A DNA stretch of 64,000 nt, taken from the NCBI RefSeq assembly GCF_006345805.1, contig NW_021831859.1, positions 87 to 64,086 of the forward strand, given 5' to 3'. The translations under genes and the position numbers were made by a program. The stretch's first letter is position 1, and every line of letters begins with the position of its first letter. Shown in pieces: positions 25,085 to 38,311 of this stretch. Below the pieces are notes generated by a model. That model was not told the origin of the DNA, made no database searches, and worked only from the letters and a program-made list of their open reading frames with translations. The stretch is from Octopus sinensis (lineage: Eukaryota).

Positions 25085-25770
25085 GTGCTGGTGACAAGTA
25101 AGCGAACCATCCGATCATGGCCGTTACCAGCCACGCCCCGACTGGCCTCCGTGCCGGTGGCACGTAAAAAGCACCATCCGTCCGTGGCCGTCTGCCAGCT
25201 CCGTCTGGCACCTGTGTGGGTGGCACGTAAAAAGCACTCACGGAGTGGTTGGAATTAGGAAGGGCGTCCAGCTGTAGAAACACTGCCAGATCTGACTGGG
25301 CCTGATGAAGCCTTCCAGCTTCACAGACCCCAGTTGAACCGTCCAACCCATGCTAGCATGGAAAGCGGATGTTAAACGATGATGATGATATAAGTTGTGG
25401 AGTTAAGAGACTTGCATTGTAACCACATGGTATCAAGTTCAGTCCCTGTACGTGTCCCCTTGTGCAAGTATCTTCTACTATAGTGATTGTTGCCAGGGCC
25501 AGCCTTACTGACCCCTGTGCCAGTGGCATGTAAAAAGCACCGTCTGAACGCGATCAATGCCAGTCCCACCTGACTGGCCCCCGTGCCGGCAGCACGTAAA
25601 AAGCACCCACTACACACTCTGAGTGGTTGGCGTTAGGAAGGGCATCCAGCTGTAGAAACCTTGCCAGATCAGACTGGAGCCTGGTGCAGCCTTCTGGTTT
25701 ACCAGTCCTCAGTCAAACTGTCCAACCCATGCCGGCATGGAAAACAAACGTTAAACGTTGATGATGATGT
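25085..25770 (+). mobile_element. Two RTE 3-prime UTR copies
   Basis: Same family as the 43912-45225 tail. Confidence 0.8.
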
Positions 25771-25847
25771 ATGTATACATGTGTGTATATATGCATTCCC
25801 TCACACACAGGTATGTATTTAACCTTTTGATTTCTGTGTTATAACAG

Positions 25848-25942
25848 GGTACACGAAACTCGGGTCGCTCCATCCAAGGAAAGAACATTGCCAACCCAAC
25901 GGGTATGTTATTAGCCAGCTGTGACATGCTAGATTACCTCGG
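25848..25942 (+). CDS. IDH3G: IDH3G exon 10 ([32 protein letters not shown])
   Basis: TRN-G-SI--KNIANPT--LLASC-ML is gamma-type (beta has ARHPFAQAVGRNIANP); aacAG / GTATGT. Confidence 0.95.
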
Positions 25943-26164
25943 GTATGTACCTGTGTTTCTGTCATTTACTTACACTACTACCTGTCTCCTCCTACTCCTC
26001 CTCTCTGTTTCCATCTTAATCTACAATTTTCTGTCTATACATACTCACACACACATATACATGCACACACATATACACACACATAAATATAGTTATAGAT
26101 AGATAGAGGTATTATATGTGTATATCTGTAGATATGTATGTGTGAGTTTGTGTGTGTGTGTGTA

Positions 26165-26244
<80 letters not shown>

Positions 26245-26573
26245 ATGTATGTATGTATATATGTATGTATATATATATATGTATGTATATATATATACAT
26301 ACACGTACACATGTAAAGAGCACCATTCAAGCATGATCATTGCCAGCGTCGCCTTACTGACACATTATTGAACAAATAAGTCCCTTGGGTTGATTTGTTC
26401 AACTAGAACCCTTCAAGGCTATGCTCCAGTATGGCCACAGTCAAATGACTGCAACAAGTACAAGAATAAAAGAATGCTCGCAAGTGCACAGGTTGTGATA
26501 ATTGCAATAGAGAAACAGTTTACATCGTGTGAGAGAATGTCTGCTGAAAATTCTTCCTTTCTTACCATTCCAG

Positions 26574-26634
26574 CTGCTACAGATACGCCACGATGATTCG
26601 AGAGTCAGTCATGAATGTATTGATTTCTAAGAAG
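26574..26634 (+). CDS. IDH3G: IDH3G exon 11 (CYRYATMIRESVMNVLISKK)
   Basis: Absent from the ORF track. ttcttaccattccAG / GTAAGA, 61 nt, phase 2 to 0, exactly bridges exons 10 and 12; aligns to the YA--IR-AV helix. Confidence 0.9.
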
Positions 26635-26716
26635 GTAAGAACTGGTTCTTTGAAACTTTGTCGTTGTTTTAACATCCACATTTCCATGCCTGCATGTGTC
26701 GGATGGTATTTATAGG

Positions 26717-26945
26717 CGAGTTGGCAGAAACGTCAGCACGCCGGGCGAAATGCGTAGCCGTATTTCGTCCGTCTTTATGTTCTGAGTTCAAATTCCACCG
26801 AGGTCGACTTTGCCTTTCATCCTTTCAGGGTCGATAAATTAAGTACCTGTTACGCACTGGGGTCGATGTAATCGACTTAATCCGTTTGTCTGTCCTTGTT
26901 TGTCTCTTGTGTTTAGCCCCTTGTGGGCACTAAAGAAATAGGTAT
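26717..26945 (+). mobile_element. SINE family A copy
   Basis: Head and core as at 7860-8058. Confidence 0.8.
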
Positions 26946-27412
26946 TTATGAAGGCAAATTTTCTATGGCTGGATGCCCTCCCTGTCACCAATCCTCGCCT
27001 GTTTCCAAAGCTTTGGTTGTCCTGGGGCTATAGTAGAAGGCGCTTGCTCAAGGTGCCATGTAGTAGGACTGAACCTGGTACCATGTAGTTTGGAAGTAAA
27101 CATCTTAACCACACAACCGTTCTTGCTTACAGAATACAGGGAGGAGAACGGTTGTCAGGTGCTTGATATAGAACCAGAGAAGGAATTGGTTAACCGTCAC
27201 AAGCATTTGCACTTGGTCTGCCATTTAAGGACACCTTCCCTTCCTTTTTTTAAGTCTTGGTGACCTTGTCTTGGGGTCACAAGCATTGATCTTCCTTCTT
27301 GACAAAAGGATTAAAAAGAAAAATGAAACCATTCTCGTCACGGACCAGTAATTCCTGTCTTTTAACCCTTTAACTGCTGATATAAATTTTCTTGTTATTC
27401 TAGTAATGATGT

Positions 27413-27894
27413 TTAACCCTTTTGTTACCAACCCAGCTGAAACTGGCTCTGGCTCTGTAGTACAAATGTCTTGTTTCCCAAAGTTCTGAATTAAAATCTT
27501 CCACCAAACCTTAGTCACAATTTATGTTCCTAACACTAGCTGAATTATAACAAAGTTATTTTACTAAATTCTTTGTTATATTTAAAGTAATTGAAAGAAA
27601 CACAGGGCATCTCAACAGAAATATGGTAATAAAAGGGTTAAAATATAAATAATAGAGAAACAATTCTTAACCCTTTTGATACCAACCTGGCTGAAACCAC
27701 CTCTGGCTCTGAGTACAAATGCCTTGATTTCATAAGTTTTGAATTAAAATCTTCCACCAAACCTTAGTCACAATTTATGTTCCTAACACTAGCTTAATAA
27801 TAACAAAGTTATTTTACTAAATTCTTTGTTATATCTGAAGTAATTGAAAGAAACACGGAGCATCTCAACAGAAATACAGTAACAAAAGGGTTAA
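27413..27894. mobile_element. Tandem pair of piggyBac-type MITE family E
   Basis: TIR TTAACCCTTTTGTTACC / GGTAACAAAAGGGTTAA; units 27413-27641 and 27667-27894. Confidence 0.85.
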
Positions 27895-27945
27895 TAATCT
27901 ACCAAAAAATAAACTTGTTTTCTGCAAGTTATATTGCTTCCATAA

Positions 27946-28333
27946 GTGGAGGCGCAATGGCCCAGTGGTTATGGCAGCGGACTCGCGGTCATAGGATCGT
28001 GGTTTCGATTCCCAGACCGGGCGTTGTGAGTGTTTATTGAGCGAAAACACCTAAAGCTCCACGAGGCTCCGGCAGGGGATGGTGGTGATCCCTGCTGTAC
28101 TCTTTCACCACAACTTTCTCTCACTCTTACTTCCTGTTTCTGTTGTACCTGTATTTCAAGGGGCCGGCCTTGTCACTCTCTGTGTCACGCTGAATATCCC
28201 CGAGAACTGCGTTAAGGGTACACGTGTCTGTGGAGTGCTCAACCACTTACACGTTAATTTCACGAGCAGGCTGTTCCGTTGATTCGGATCAACCGGAACC
28301 CTCGTCGTCGTAACCGACGGAGTGCTTCCATCC
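27946..28333 (+). mobile_element. tRNA-derived SINE family D, full length with 13-bp TSD
   Basis: Head GGAGGCGCAATGGCCCAGTGGTT..GGTTTCGATTCCC; ATTGCTTCCATAA at 27933-27945 and 28334-28346; partial copies at about 17038-17300 and 31068-31200. Confidence 0.85.
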
Positions 28334-28557
28334 ATTGCTTCCATAAAATTAGCCTCAACAGAAAACAGTTCCAAACATGACATTCCTCAACAAAAGATGG
28401 AATGGTAAATATACTGTTTTCCACTGTTAAAGGTTAACGAGTGAAGGTGACTAAAGCATCGTATTAAATGTGATGTGGGTCAGTATCTGTTCCACACACT
28501 ACTACAGTCTGTCTACCTGTAGATGGGAATTAAGGGCCTTCATTCCCTCACCACTAT

Positions 28558-28920
28558 CATCATCATCATCGTTTAACGTCTGTTTTCTGCGCTAGCATGG
28601 GTTGGACGGTTCGACCGGGGTCTGTGAAGCCAGGAGGCTGCACCAGGCTCCAATCTGATCTGGCAGTGTTTCTACGGCTGGATGCCCTTCCTAACGCCAA
28701 CCACTCCGCGAGTGTAGTGGGTGCTTTTTACGTGCCACCTGCACAGGTGCCAGGGAGGGTCCGGCATCGGCCACGATCGGTTGGAGCTTTTAATGTGCCA
28801 CCGGCACGGAAGCCAGCCAAGGCGGCGCTGGCAACGGCCACGTTCGGATGGTGCATTTTAAGTGCCACCGGCACAGAAGCCAGTCGGGGCGGCGCTGGCA
28901 TCGGCCACGTTCGTATTGTG
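28558..28920 (-). mobile_element. RTE 3-prime UTR copy
   Basis: Same family, reverse orientation. Confidence 0.8.
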
Positions 28921-29091
28921 ATTTCCACACACTCAGTTATTTTCTACCTACCTGTAGATGTGAGTTAAAGGCTTTCATTCTCTTATCAATACATATTGAG
29001 ATTCCTACCACCCAGTTGCAGTTTGTCCACCTGTTGATGAGAATTAAGGGCCTTCGTTACCTTACCAATATCGCTGTCTCCTTGATTTCAG

Positions 29092-29184
29092 ATCCACACA
29101 CCAGACGTTGGCGGAACCTCCTCCACCAGCGAAGTGATTGAGGCCATCCTTGATGATCTCCGACCAAAAGCCAGCAGTTGGTAA
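29092..29184 (+). CDS. IDH3G: IDH3G exon 12 (IHTPDVGGTSSTSEVIEAILDDLRPKASSW*)
   Basis: HTPD-GG--ST motif; gatttcAG acceptor. TGG-TAA at 29179-29184 overlaps the donor TG|GTAAGT at 29181. Confidence 0.93.
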   Translation: MHTPDVGGTSSTSEVIEAILDDLRPKASSW

Positions 29185-30823
29185 GTATATGAAGTTACCT
29201 AACCAACCTGACAAGGAAGCCTCTATGCAGTCACACAGTCTCCCAAAAAATAGCAGTCAAATCTCCCTCAAATCAGAACTTTCCATCTTGTAAGAGGATG
29301 AGAGTTGTTGAGGATGTAATTTTGGACCAAAATAGGAAGTAAAGTGTCTTGTCCAAGAACACAACACACTTCCTGCACCAGGATTTGAACATGCAATCTT
29401 ATGATCAAGATCCCAGTTGCCTAACCACTTGGTCAAACATCTACACACACACACAGACACAAAATGTGTGTGTTTATAATATGTATATACACCATTGATA
29501 GGCCAGTTACCATGGTATTTGTGCTGAGATAACATGTCTTGTAAATGTGCTGCATTAAGAACATAGCAGATCCGAGAAGGAGACAAAGATCATCCCAGCA
29601 GCAGCCAGCAAGAACACCAGATGCATTTCAGCGTGTTTGGGCCTCTTCAGTGCTGTGTGCTCGCAGGCAGTCACATGCTTAGATGAGAATTCATCATCAT
29701 CATCATCATCGTTTAGCATCTGCTTTCCATGCTAGCATGGGTTGGACGGTTCGACCAGGGTCTGGGAAGCCAGAAGGCTGCACCAGGCTCCAGTCTGATC
29801 TGGCAGTGTTTCTACAGCTGGATGCCCTTCCTAACTCCAACCACTCATGACAGTAAATAATATAGCAGCCAAATCTCCCTCAAATTACACTGTGAATGTC
29901 TTACAAAAGAAGGCTACATTCCAATCCATTTCTATCTACCACCGAATACGGTCGCTACAGAAACACCTTTGACCATAAATCTGCAAGTTCAATCCTTAAC
30001 CTGAGCCTCATCCTATGTCATTGTTTGAATCAGAACCAGAGACTGAAAGGCAACAAAACCCAAATATTTACTCCTTCCTCAAAAACATTATTTTTTTTTT
30101 GGTGTATTTGTGTGGTTTTTCGCTGTTTTTTTTTTCGCCCTTTTAGCTCAACATCTTCAATCATGTTTCCATGAGTATTCTACAGATGCTTATGTCCTGC
30201 TCTCTCTCTCCTCCTTAACACCATTTTTTGTGTAACTTCAGTTCTTTTTTGCAGCTGCCATATTCTTCATGTTGAGCTTGTTTTAGCCATTTTGAGCAGC
30301 TTTCGCTGATTAAAAAGCTTCACTAAATTCATTCATGGCATGGTGTTGCTGAATTCTTCCGCATCATTCTTTCATTAACAACAAGCGTTGCAAATTTACA
30401 GCGGCTAGTTCCACTGCATAACGCATTCTACGTCTGCTGCTGCGCATAAACCATTGCAAGTGTTTTCCGTTCTTCTTCTACACGCTGCTTTTCGTTGCTG
30501 AACTAACTGCTTCAACCACCTCACCATCCACAACGTGGCACTGGGATGACAGCCACAGCTGTACATCACATGCTGGTGCAACAAAAACCCTGTTTACGGT
30601 GGGTTAACCTTCTACATTTGCGGCACCTGCCAGAGGGAGTGTTTGTCCAGGATAGGACTACACAGCCAGAGCAGGAGATGTATTAGGACATGAAATGTAA
30701 AAGCCAGACTAGATTATTTTATGCGCAACTCCATTGTCTCCCGAGACAAAAAGGATGCCAACAAACAACAATCTTCACCACAGACTTAATGGGATTATTT
30801 TTCCCTTTTTCTTTTTTTATATA

Positions 30824-31024
30824 TAGGGTGTTCAAAAAGTCCCTCCGCAGTGAGTTTTTTTACATCCTGACTCTCCAAGAGTACCTTGCACTGGTATCTT
30901 CTACTACAGCCCAAGGCCAATCAAATGTGCTTGCACACACACACACACACACATATACACACAGATAAATATAATTATAGATAGATAGACATATTATATG
31001 CGTATATCTATAGATATGCATATG

Positions 31025-31071
<47 letters not shown>

Positions 31072-31370
31072 AGGCGCAATGGCCCAGTGGTTAGGGCAGT
31101 GGACTCATGATCAGAGGATCGTGGTTTCGATTCCCAGACCGGGCGTTGTGTGTGTTTATTGAGCGAAAACACCTAAAGCTCCACGAGGCTCTGGCAGTGT
31201 AGAAGAGTCAACTTATGTATTGAAAACGAAGGATGACACTTTCATCACCTCCTATAAAGTTTTTTAAAGTCTCGTAAAGACTAATATATTCTTTTGTAGT
31301 CTTATACCATCTTCTAAATATTTATTTTGCAATAAAATACTTTCTGTGGAGAGACTTTTTGAACACCCTG
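30824..31370. mobile_element. Tc1/mariner-type MITE with nested SINE fragments
   Basis: TIR (C/T)AGGGTGTTCAAAAAGTC-CTCC at both ends; TA flanks. Confidence 0.75.
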
Positions 31371-31569
31371 TACTATAGACAGGCAGTGAGGTGGACCCTT
31401 TACGGCACCTGGGGAGGGAGGGAATAAGATAACCTCAGACGAGAGAGCTGACCCCAAATATTTGGAATAGTTTGAAGTCTATTAAAAATACCCACAAGGT
31501 GATCAGGTGATTGTGTTAAGCCTGATGATGGATTGAGTCTGTCACTCGTGTAGGTCATGGTAGGATTTG

Positions 31570-32020
31570 AACTTAGAATACAGTGTTGTAGCTCACACTT
31601 CAAAGCATCTGGCCTGACATTCTTACAGTTTCGTCAATCCACCACTTTGGAATGGTACATTTTTTTTTATCAACCTTGAAAGGATGAAAAAGCAAAGCTA
31701 ACCTTTTTGGGATTTGAACTCAAAACATAAGAGTCACAACAAATACTGCAAAACATCTGGCCTGCCATTCTTACAGTTCCATCACTGCACCACCTTATAT
31801 CTTTATTGCCCACAGGAGGCTAAATACAGAAGGGACAAACAAAGGGGCTAAGTTGATTACATTGACCCCCAGTGCGTAACTGGTACTTATTTAATCGACC
31901 CCGAAAGGATAAAAGGCAAAGTCGACCTCGGCGGAATTTGAACTCAGAACGTAGCGACAGATTAAATGCCGCTAAGCATTTTGCCCGGCGTGCTAACGTT
32001 TCTGCCAGCTCGCCGCCTTA
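31570..32020 (-). mobile_element. SINE family A copies (one near-complete, plus partial)
   Basis: Reverse-complement core repeated. Confidence 0.7.
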
Positions 32021-32742
32021 GGTAAGGTCAGGTATGAGGTTGAGGGCAAAGGTCATGCACCATTGCTGCATGTTCCTGCATCCCCCATTTGTTGGTATCT
32101 GCTCGGGGCCATTCTGAGCAATCCACCATGCTGTGTTCCGGTCACTTCACATCTCTGTGAAATAAGTCTTCGTCTGCCTTGACCATGGTTGCAAGACTAC
32201 AAACTCTGAGAAGGGTAGCTTTATGCTAAGGAGATCAGGGGCTAAACTATAAAAAAAAAGGGACCAGAGCAGAACAGGGTTTTTTGTTGTTGTAGAAGGG
32301 CTACATGGCTACTCACATTTTAGGAATGAGGACAGAATGGGGAAGAGATCAAAATACTAGTGGCGATGTGTATGTTTGGACCCTACATTAAAATGTAATT
32401 GCAATCACTTCCTGTATTACATAAGCTGTGGGACTGGTCTAAACAACAATAACATCAACAACATTTACATAACACATCTGTCTCTCTTTCTCTCTCTCTC
32501 TCACAGAACACAAACATATCTTTTTATATGTTTTTTTTTCCAGCTAAGTTTACCCAACAAACTTCTTTTATGTGTGTGTTTTTTTTATTTCAATGAAAGG
32601 AAAAGGACCTAACACCTCAGCGAGGGGACAGATTAGCCAAACCCTGTCTTGCCACCTGTGGAGGTTTCTATCTTTCATCTACCTGTTCACTTTGCTTCAC
32701 CCTATGCCAGCTCACACCCATCACAAACTTCTCTTTCTGCAG

Positions 32743-32762
32743 GTTATTCTAATCCCGATTTG
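32743..32762 (+). CDS. IDH3G: Candidate IDH3G micro-exon A (20 nt; gives ...SSWLF*)
   Basis: Branch-like CTCAC at 32711, acceptor ttctctttctgcAG, exon gttattctaatcccgatttg, donor GTGAGT; TAA at 32750-32752 in frame with the phase-2 donor at 29180. Confidence 0.6.
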
Positions 32763-33909
32763 GTGAGTGAAACGGCTTTCAGAACGAAACAAGCTCCTTT
32801 ACTTTTTTTCTGTTCTTTTTTTTTTATAATTTTTCTTTACTTTTTTTCACTTTTTTTTCTTTGAAATATTATCCATGGCCCTTTAATATTATTTTCTCTC
32901 CGTTGCTCATAAATCTCCGCAGCATGTCTCCTCCTCCTCATCCTCACTTGCTCATCACCATTTCAAATGTATTTCCATTGCAGTTGCCCCCTCGTTAACC
33001 TCATAATAATTAATAAACATTTGCTATCCCCCACGCTCTTTTCCATTTTTTTTTCCACACCCCAGCTTGCAATCCAACCCCAACAGCTTTTCATGTACCC
33101 TTCGCCCTCCCGTCTCACTCCCTCCTCTCATTATCACTTCTACCGCATCCCCTCCCTCCTTTCGTCATATATATACAACCCTTAATTATCACATTTTATC
33201 ATTAATTATCATTAACTGCATGTTTCCAAAATTGAGTCTTGAGTTAATTTATGTCTACCGGTGAGTGGTATGTGTTGGTGTTGTAGTGCTGAGGTGGTCA
33301 TGAATGCTGGTGCTATGTGTTTGTGATATAGTACTGTAGTGGTATATGTGGTTGTAATAGTGTTGTGATGGATAACAGTTATATACATAGTATGTTAATG
33401 CCACAGTAGAGTAAACAGTCATAGTATGTGTTGGTGTCACAATGATATGGTGGTATGGGTAACAGTGTGGCAGTGGTTGTCATAGACCCCACATTGGCCC
33501 CTAATTGAAAAGTCCTGAATCCAATGACACTCAGAGTTGTCAGTCGAATGACAAGACATGACCCCTAAGTCCCTCTTCCCAGTTACATCATGTCAGCTCC
33601 TACTTGCTGACCATACGACACATTCTAGCAGGACATTTTTTTTTTTGTGACCCAGAGAAGATAAAAGGCAAGAATCAACCTTGCCAGGATTTGAACTCGC
33701 ATGCAGACGGTTTGAACAACTACTGCAAGCCATTCTAACCAACACTCTAATACTTCTGTTGCTTGTTTACTGCCGGCCATTACTGTACGTTTCCACTTAT
33801 CATTGGTAGTTGCGAAGGTTACCAATGTTACTGCGGTTATTTATGTGTGATTGGGATCTGGTTGAAGAGACAGTGTGAACTGGGAAAGAAGCTGCAGGAA
33901 TTTCCTGGG

Positions 33910-34420
33910 ATCGTCATCATCGTTTAATGTCCATTTTCCATGCTAGCATGGGTTGGATGGTTCGACCAGGGTCTGGGAAGCCAGGAGGCCGCACCAGGCT
34001 CCAATCTGATCTAGCAATGTTTCTACAGTTGGATGCCCTTCCTAATGCCAACCACTCCAAGAGTGTAGTGGATGCTTTTTACGTACCACCAGCACAGGGG
34101 CCAATCAGGTGGCACTGGCATCAGCTACGTTTGGATGGTGCTTTTTACATGCTACCAGCACAGGTGCCAGTTGGGCAGGCAGGGTTGCATTGACCATGCT
34201 CGGATGGTGCTTTTTACATGCCTCCGCAATAGGGAAACAGTCAGGTGGCACTGGTAACAACCCATGCATGAATGGTGCTTATTGCATGCCACCAGCACTG
34301 GAGCCAATCAGGTGACACTGGTAACAACCCATGCATGAATGGTGCTTATTGCGTGCCACCAGTACAGGAGCCAGTCAGACAGCACTGGCATGGCCACAAC
34401 TACAATTTGATTATGATTTG
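33910..34420 (-). mobile_element. Older RTE 3-prime UTR copy
   Basis: Same family, diverged; internal 67-nt duplication. Confidence 0.7.
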
Positions 34421-35417
34421 AGTTTTGATTTTGATGTTACAGGAAATGTTACAGAGGCATTTGGCAGTGATTGTTCACGTCACAGTTGTGACAGTTATTG
34501 ATGTTACTGCAGCTGTTTATGCTTGGGTAAGATCTGACGGGGGAGGAGAATGGTGTGAGGGAGGCGTTTTGGTAGAGTCTTTGGACGTTGCAGATGTGTG
34601 TGGTGTGGCGGTCAGTGTGGCGGTCAGTGTGCATGCTGTGACTGAGATTGGGAAGCTCGGAGCTTGCTGTGTCATCAATCTGTGACCCTCACAAAACAAC
34701 CCAAGCAGGACCAACATAATCATCATCATCATCATTTAATGTCTGTTTACCATGCTGGCATGGGTTGGACAGTTTGACAGAAGAACTAACAAGCCAAAGA
34801 GGTGTACCCAGCTCCAGTTATCCCTTTTGGCATGGTTTCTACAGTTGGATGCCCTTCCTAACGCCAACCACTTTACAGAGTGGCACTTGGGTGCTTTTTA
34901 CGTGGAACCGGCACAAGTGCCTTTTATAATGGATTTAATATGTTTGATGTATAACATTGTTGTTGATTCTTTGGAATTTGACCAAATACGGTTCCTGCAA
35001 GTGTTCAAAGTATGTTCATGTATTGTTTTACTTTCCTTACCACATGTTCTGTTAATGTTGTAACCACATGTTGCATCTAATTCCTAATACATTATTATTT
35101 TGCATTTTGTGTTTATGTTCCATGTTGTTTAATGCGAGAATCAGTTGTCTTTGATGTTCTCTGTTAGCACTGGTAAGGCGGGGCACAGTGGGTTTTGGTA
35201 GGTGCCAATTTAAGTCTGTTTGCCTAGAATTATCAGGTTGCTGGATTGTCTCTTTGTTGATGCCAGCTTGGAGTAATTAGACGACTGCGTCTGAGGAATG
35301 ATAGGAGGGTATGACTAAGGGTATCATACAGGGTATATATACCTTGTTGGCAGGTGAACATTTATGCCAGTGGCTCTCATACATGTACACCAGGGTGCTG
35401 TGGTGCACTATGCACTT

Positions 35418-36004
35418 TTAGATATATTCAAAAAGAGAATTGCAGCTTGCTTGAACCATTCATCATCATCGTTTAGCGTCTGCTTTCCATGCTGGCATGG
35501 GTTGGACGGTGCAACTGGGGTCTGGGAAGCCCGAAGGCTGCACCAGGCCCAGTCTGATCTGGACCGTTCTGTGTTTCTACTGCTGGATGCCCTTCCTAAC
35601 GCCAACCACTCCGTGAGTGTAGTGGGTGCTTTTTACGTGCCACCCGCACAGGTGCCAGACAGGGCTGGCAAATGGCCACGGTCGGATGGTGCTTTTTACG
35701 TGCCACCGGCACAGAAGCCAGTCAGGGCGGCACTGGCAACGGCCACGTTTGGATGGTTCTCTTATGTGCCACCAGCACTGAATCACAGATGCAATTTCCA
35801 TTGATGTTGATCGACTTCGATTTTGGTTCTGATTTCCACTTGCCTCAACAGATCTTCACAATGGAGTTTTGTGTCCCAAGAAGGAAAGGTATGCATAAGT
35901 CGACTGGCTACATCCCAGGTAGAGGCCATGGGTTATGGTCTCACTTGTCCTGCCGGGTCTTCTCATGCACAGCATACTTCCATAGGTCTCGGTCTCTAGT
36001 CATT
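35418..36004 (-). mobile_element. RTE 3-prime fragment including the ORF end
   Basis: Reverse complement of 44690-45225. Confidence 0.85.
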
Positions 36005-36309
36005 TGCAGCAAAATAATGAAGATGGAGAGCATCTCACAATACAACAAGGAAAAGTTTAATATCCTTTATATATTTCAGGCACAAAGGCTTGTCATCAGA
36101 AGTGCTGAGTCTATAGAGTACTGACCAAACATGGCTAATTTACACTGTAGACTCACATTTCTTTAATTCATTTGTTCCTGATGACGGGCTGTTCTGCCTG
36201 AAATATAAAGGTTATTAAATTTTTTCCTTTTCCCCATTGTATGAGGCTTTCCATTTTCAGTATTTTATATTTAAGGCCTTTAAGGTATCGAAAAACCCTT
36301 ATTTAATGC

Positions 36310-36539
36310 TGAACCCTTTAGCATTTAAACCAGCAATATCCAACTCAAATATTCTACCTGCTTTTACATTGAAACTGACCAGATCATGCCTCTCACATCT
36401 ACCCTACAATGTCATTCTAAAAAGTGAAAGATCACTCCATTAAAATCCAGAATCTACCAAGATGATCCATGATTAATTCAAACAGTAAGGATAAATAAGC
36501 ATTGTGCTTGACAGATTAATCTGAATGCTAAAGGGTTAA
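36310..36539. mobile_element. piggyBac-type MITE family F
   Basis: Aligns with 10440-10668; ends about 43 nt before micro-exon B. Confidence 0.75.
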
Positions 36540-36582
36540 GCTTTAAAAAAAAAAACCATTACCATAATTTTATTATATACAG

Positions 36583-36601
36583 GTGTTACTAATTAAACAA
36601 G
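36583..36601 (+). CDS. IDH3G: Candidate IDH3G micro-exon B (19 nt; gives ...SSWCY*)
   Basis: Acceptor ttttattatatacAG, exon gtgttactaattaaacaag, donor GTAAGC; TAA at 36590-36592; same layout as micro-exon A. Confidence 0.55.
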
Positions 36602-36879
36602 GTAAGCAATAGATTTTTGGTATTTTTTTTAGTTTTAAATTTTTTAAATGGATTTTTTTTTTTAGTCTTTCTATGCAAAATGCACCAATAATTTTTTGGC
36701 TTGATTTCCAATGTACTTCAAAGTGAGAACTATTGATCTATGTAGACACATCATCAGCTATAATTAACACTGAAGTTTACCTGAAAGTTAAGAGGTGTAT
36801 CCAAATTCTACAGTGTAAAGGGGTCACCAGGGCCCAGGACAGAGAAGGCACACTTTTTTTAATTAATTACTACTTATAA

Positions 36880-37100
36880 AGGCAGTGAGCTGGCAGAATC
36901 GTTAGCACGCCAGGTGAAATGCTTAGTGGTATTTCCTTTGTCTTCTGAGTGTTCTGAGTTCAAATTCCACTGAGGTCAACTTTGCCTTTCATCCTTTTGG
37001 GGTTGATAAATTAAGTACCAGTTGCGTACAGGGGTCGATCTAATTGACTGGCCCCCTCCCCAAAAATTTTGGGCCTTGTGCCTAGAGTAGAAAAGAATAT
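36880..37100 (+). mobile_element. SINE family A copy
   Basis: Head and core as at 7860-8058. Confidence 0.75.
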
Positions 37101-37126
37101 TATTACTACTTATATATATATATATA

Positions 37127-37163
<37 letters not shown>

Positions 37164-37436
37164 GCACATACAAGGCTGTGTGGTTAGAAGTTTGCTTCCT
37201 GACCACTTGGTTCCAGGTTCAATCCCACTGCGTGGTACCGTGGGCAAGTGTCTTCTTCTGTAGCCTTGGGCTGACCAAGCCTTGTGAGTGGATTTGGTAG
37301 GCGGAAACTGAAAGAATCCTGTTGTATGTATGTGTGTGTGTTTGAGTTTGTGTTTGTCCCCCCACCACCACCACTTGACAACTGGTGGTGGGGACAAACA
37401 CTTCAAAAATAAATACTGAGATCAATGCATTCAAAT

Positions 37437-37736
37437 CAAGGGTTCCCAACTGAGGTCCACAGACGCTTTAAGGGGGTCCATGAGTAAAAAATTGTAATTT
37501 GTGGGTCCATATATGAATTTTGTTTACTAGAAGAGGTTCCTGTATTTATTGAAGTTTTCAAGATTTGTATTTTGAATTTCTGTTATGAATATAAGGAAAT
37601 TGTTTCATTGTTAGTCTTTACTAACCTATTTGCAAATATTTTATTTCAAAAATTTTACATGTGTATATATGAGGGTCCACAGATAATAAGATAGCTCTCA
37701 TGGAATCCACAAGTAAAATTAGGTTGGGAACCCCTG
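37437..37736. mobile_element. hAT (Charlie-like) MITE
   Basis: TIR CA(A/G)GGGTTCCCAAC at both ends; no 8-bp TSD retained. Confidence 0.55.
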
Positions 37737-38311
37737 ACGTAGGTGATACCCTTGCTGTCGAAAAAGGGGATCATCATGAGTTTACTTTGTGTGACCCCTT
37801 TTGCCAGTGAAAAACAGGGGCTTGACGCATACAAGTTAATCCCTAAGCAGTGTGGAGCATTTCTTCAGTTCCTGAAGCATTTTTGCCGAAAACTTTATTG
37901 CAAAGCAAACTTCCAAATTGGTTTCACGGCCCAAACGTATTCCATAAACCAGTCAGTTGTGACAAGCAGTGTTTTGTAGGGTGTGTTATAGGGGCTGCTA
38001 CAACTGTCCCCTTCAGTATGGAATATCAGGATTCTGCAGGTCAGCTTATTAGATGCATAATAATGGATTACAATAATTCAGGACCCTTAGAATAACCACT
38101 CCTAACAAAAAAATGTCTCAAAACTTCTGAAATACATATTGTATATGTTAGTGTATAATTGTGTGTAAGTATGTGTGTGTGTGTTAATGTATAATTGTAT
38201 ATGTGTATGTGACAGTGTATACCTGAGTATGTGCATGTGTATAAATGAGCATGTATATATGTATGTAAGTGTATAAATGTCTCTGTGTGTGTGTTGATGT
38301 ATGTATATATA

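Noticed and set aside
27948-28025. tRNA-like sequences (also about 17038, 19870-19945, 31068, 60798)
   Set aside because: Stems are incomplete and continue into repeat bodies; these are SINE heads, not tRNA genes.
30040-30607. Sequence ending in a piggyBac-like terminus (GGGTTAA at 30601-30607)
   Set aside because: No matching second TIR or transposase motif was found.
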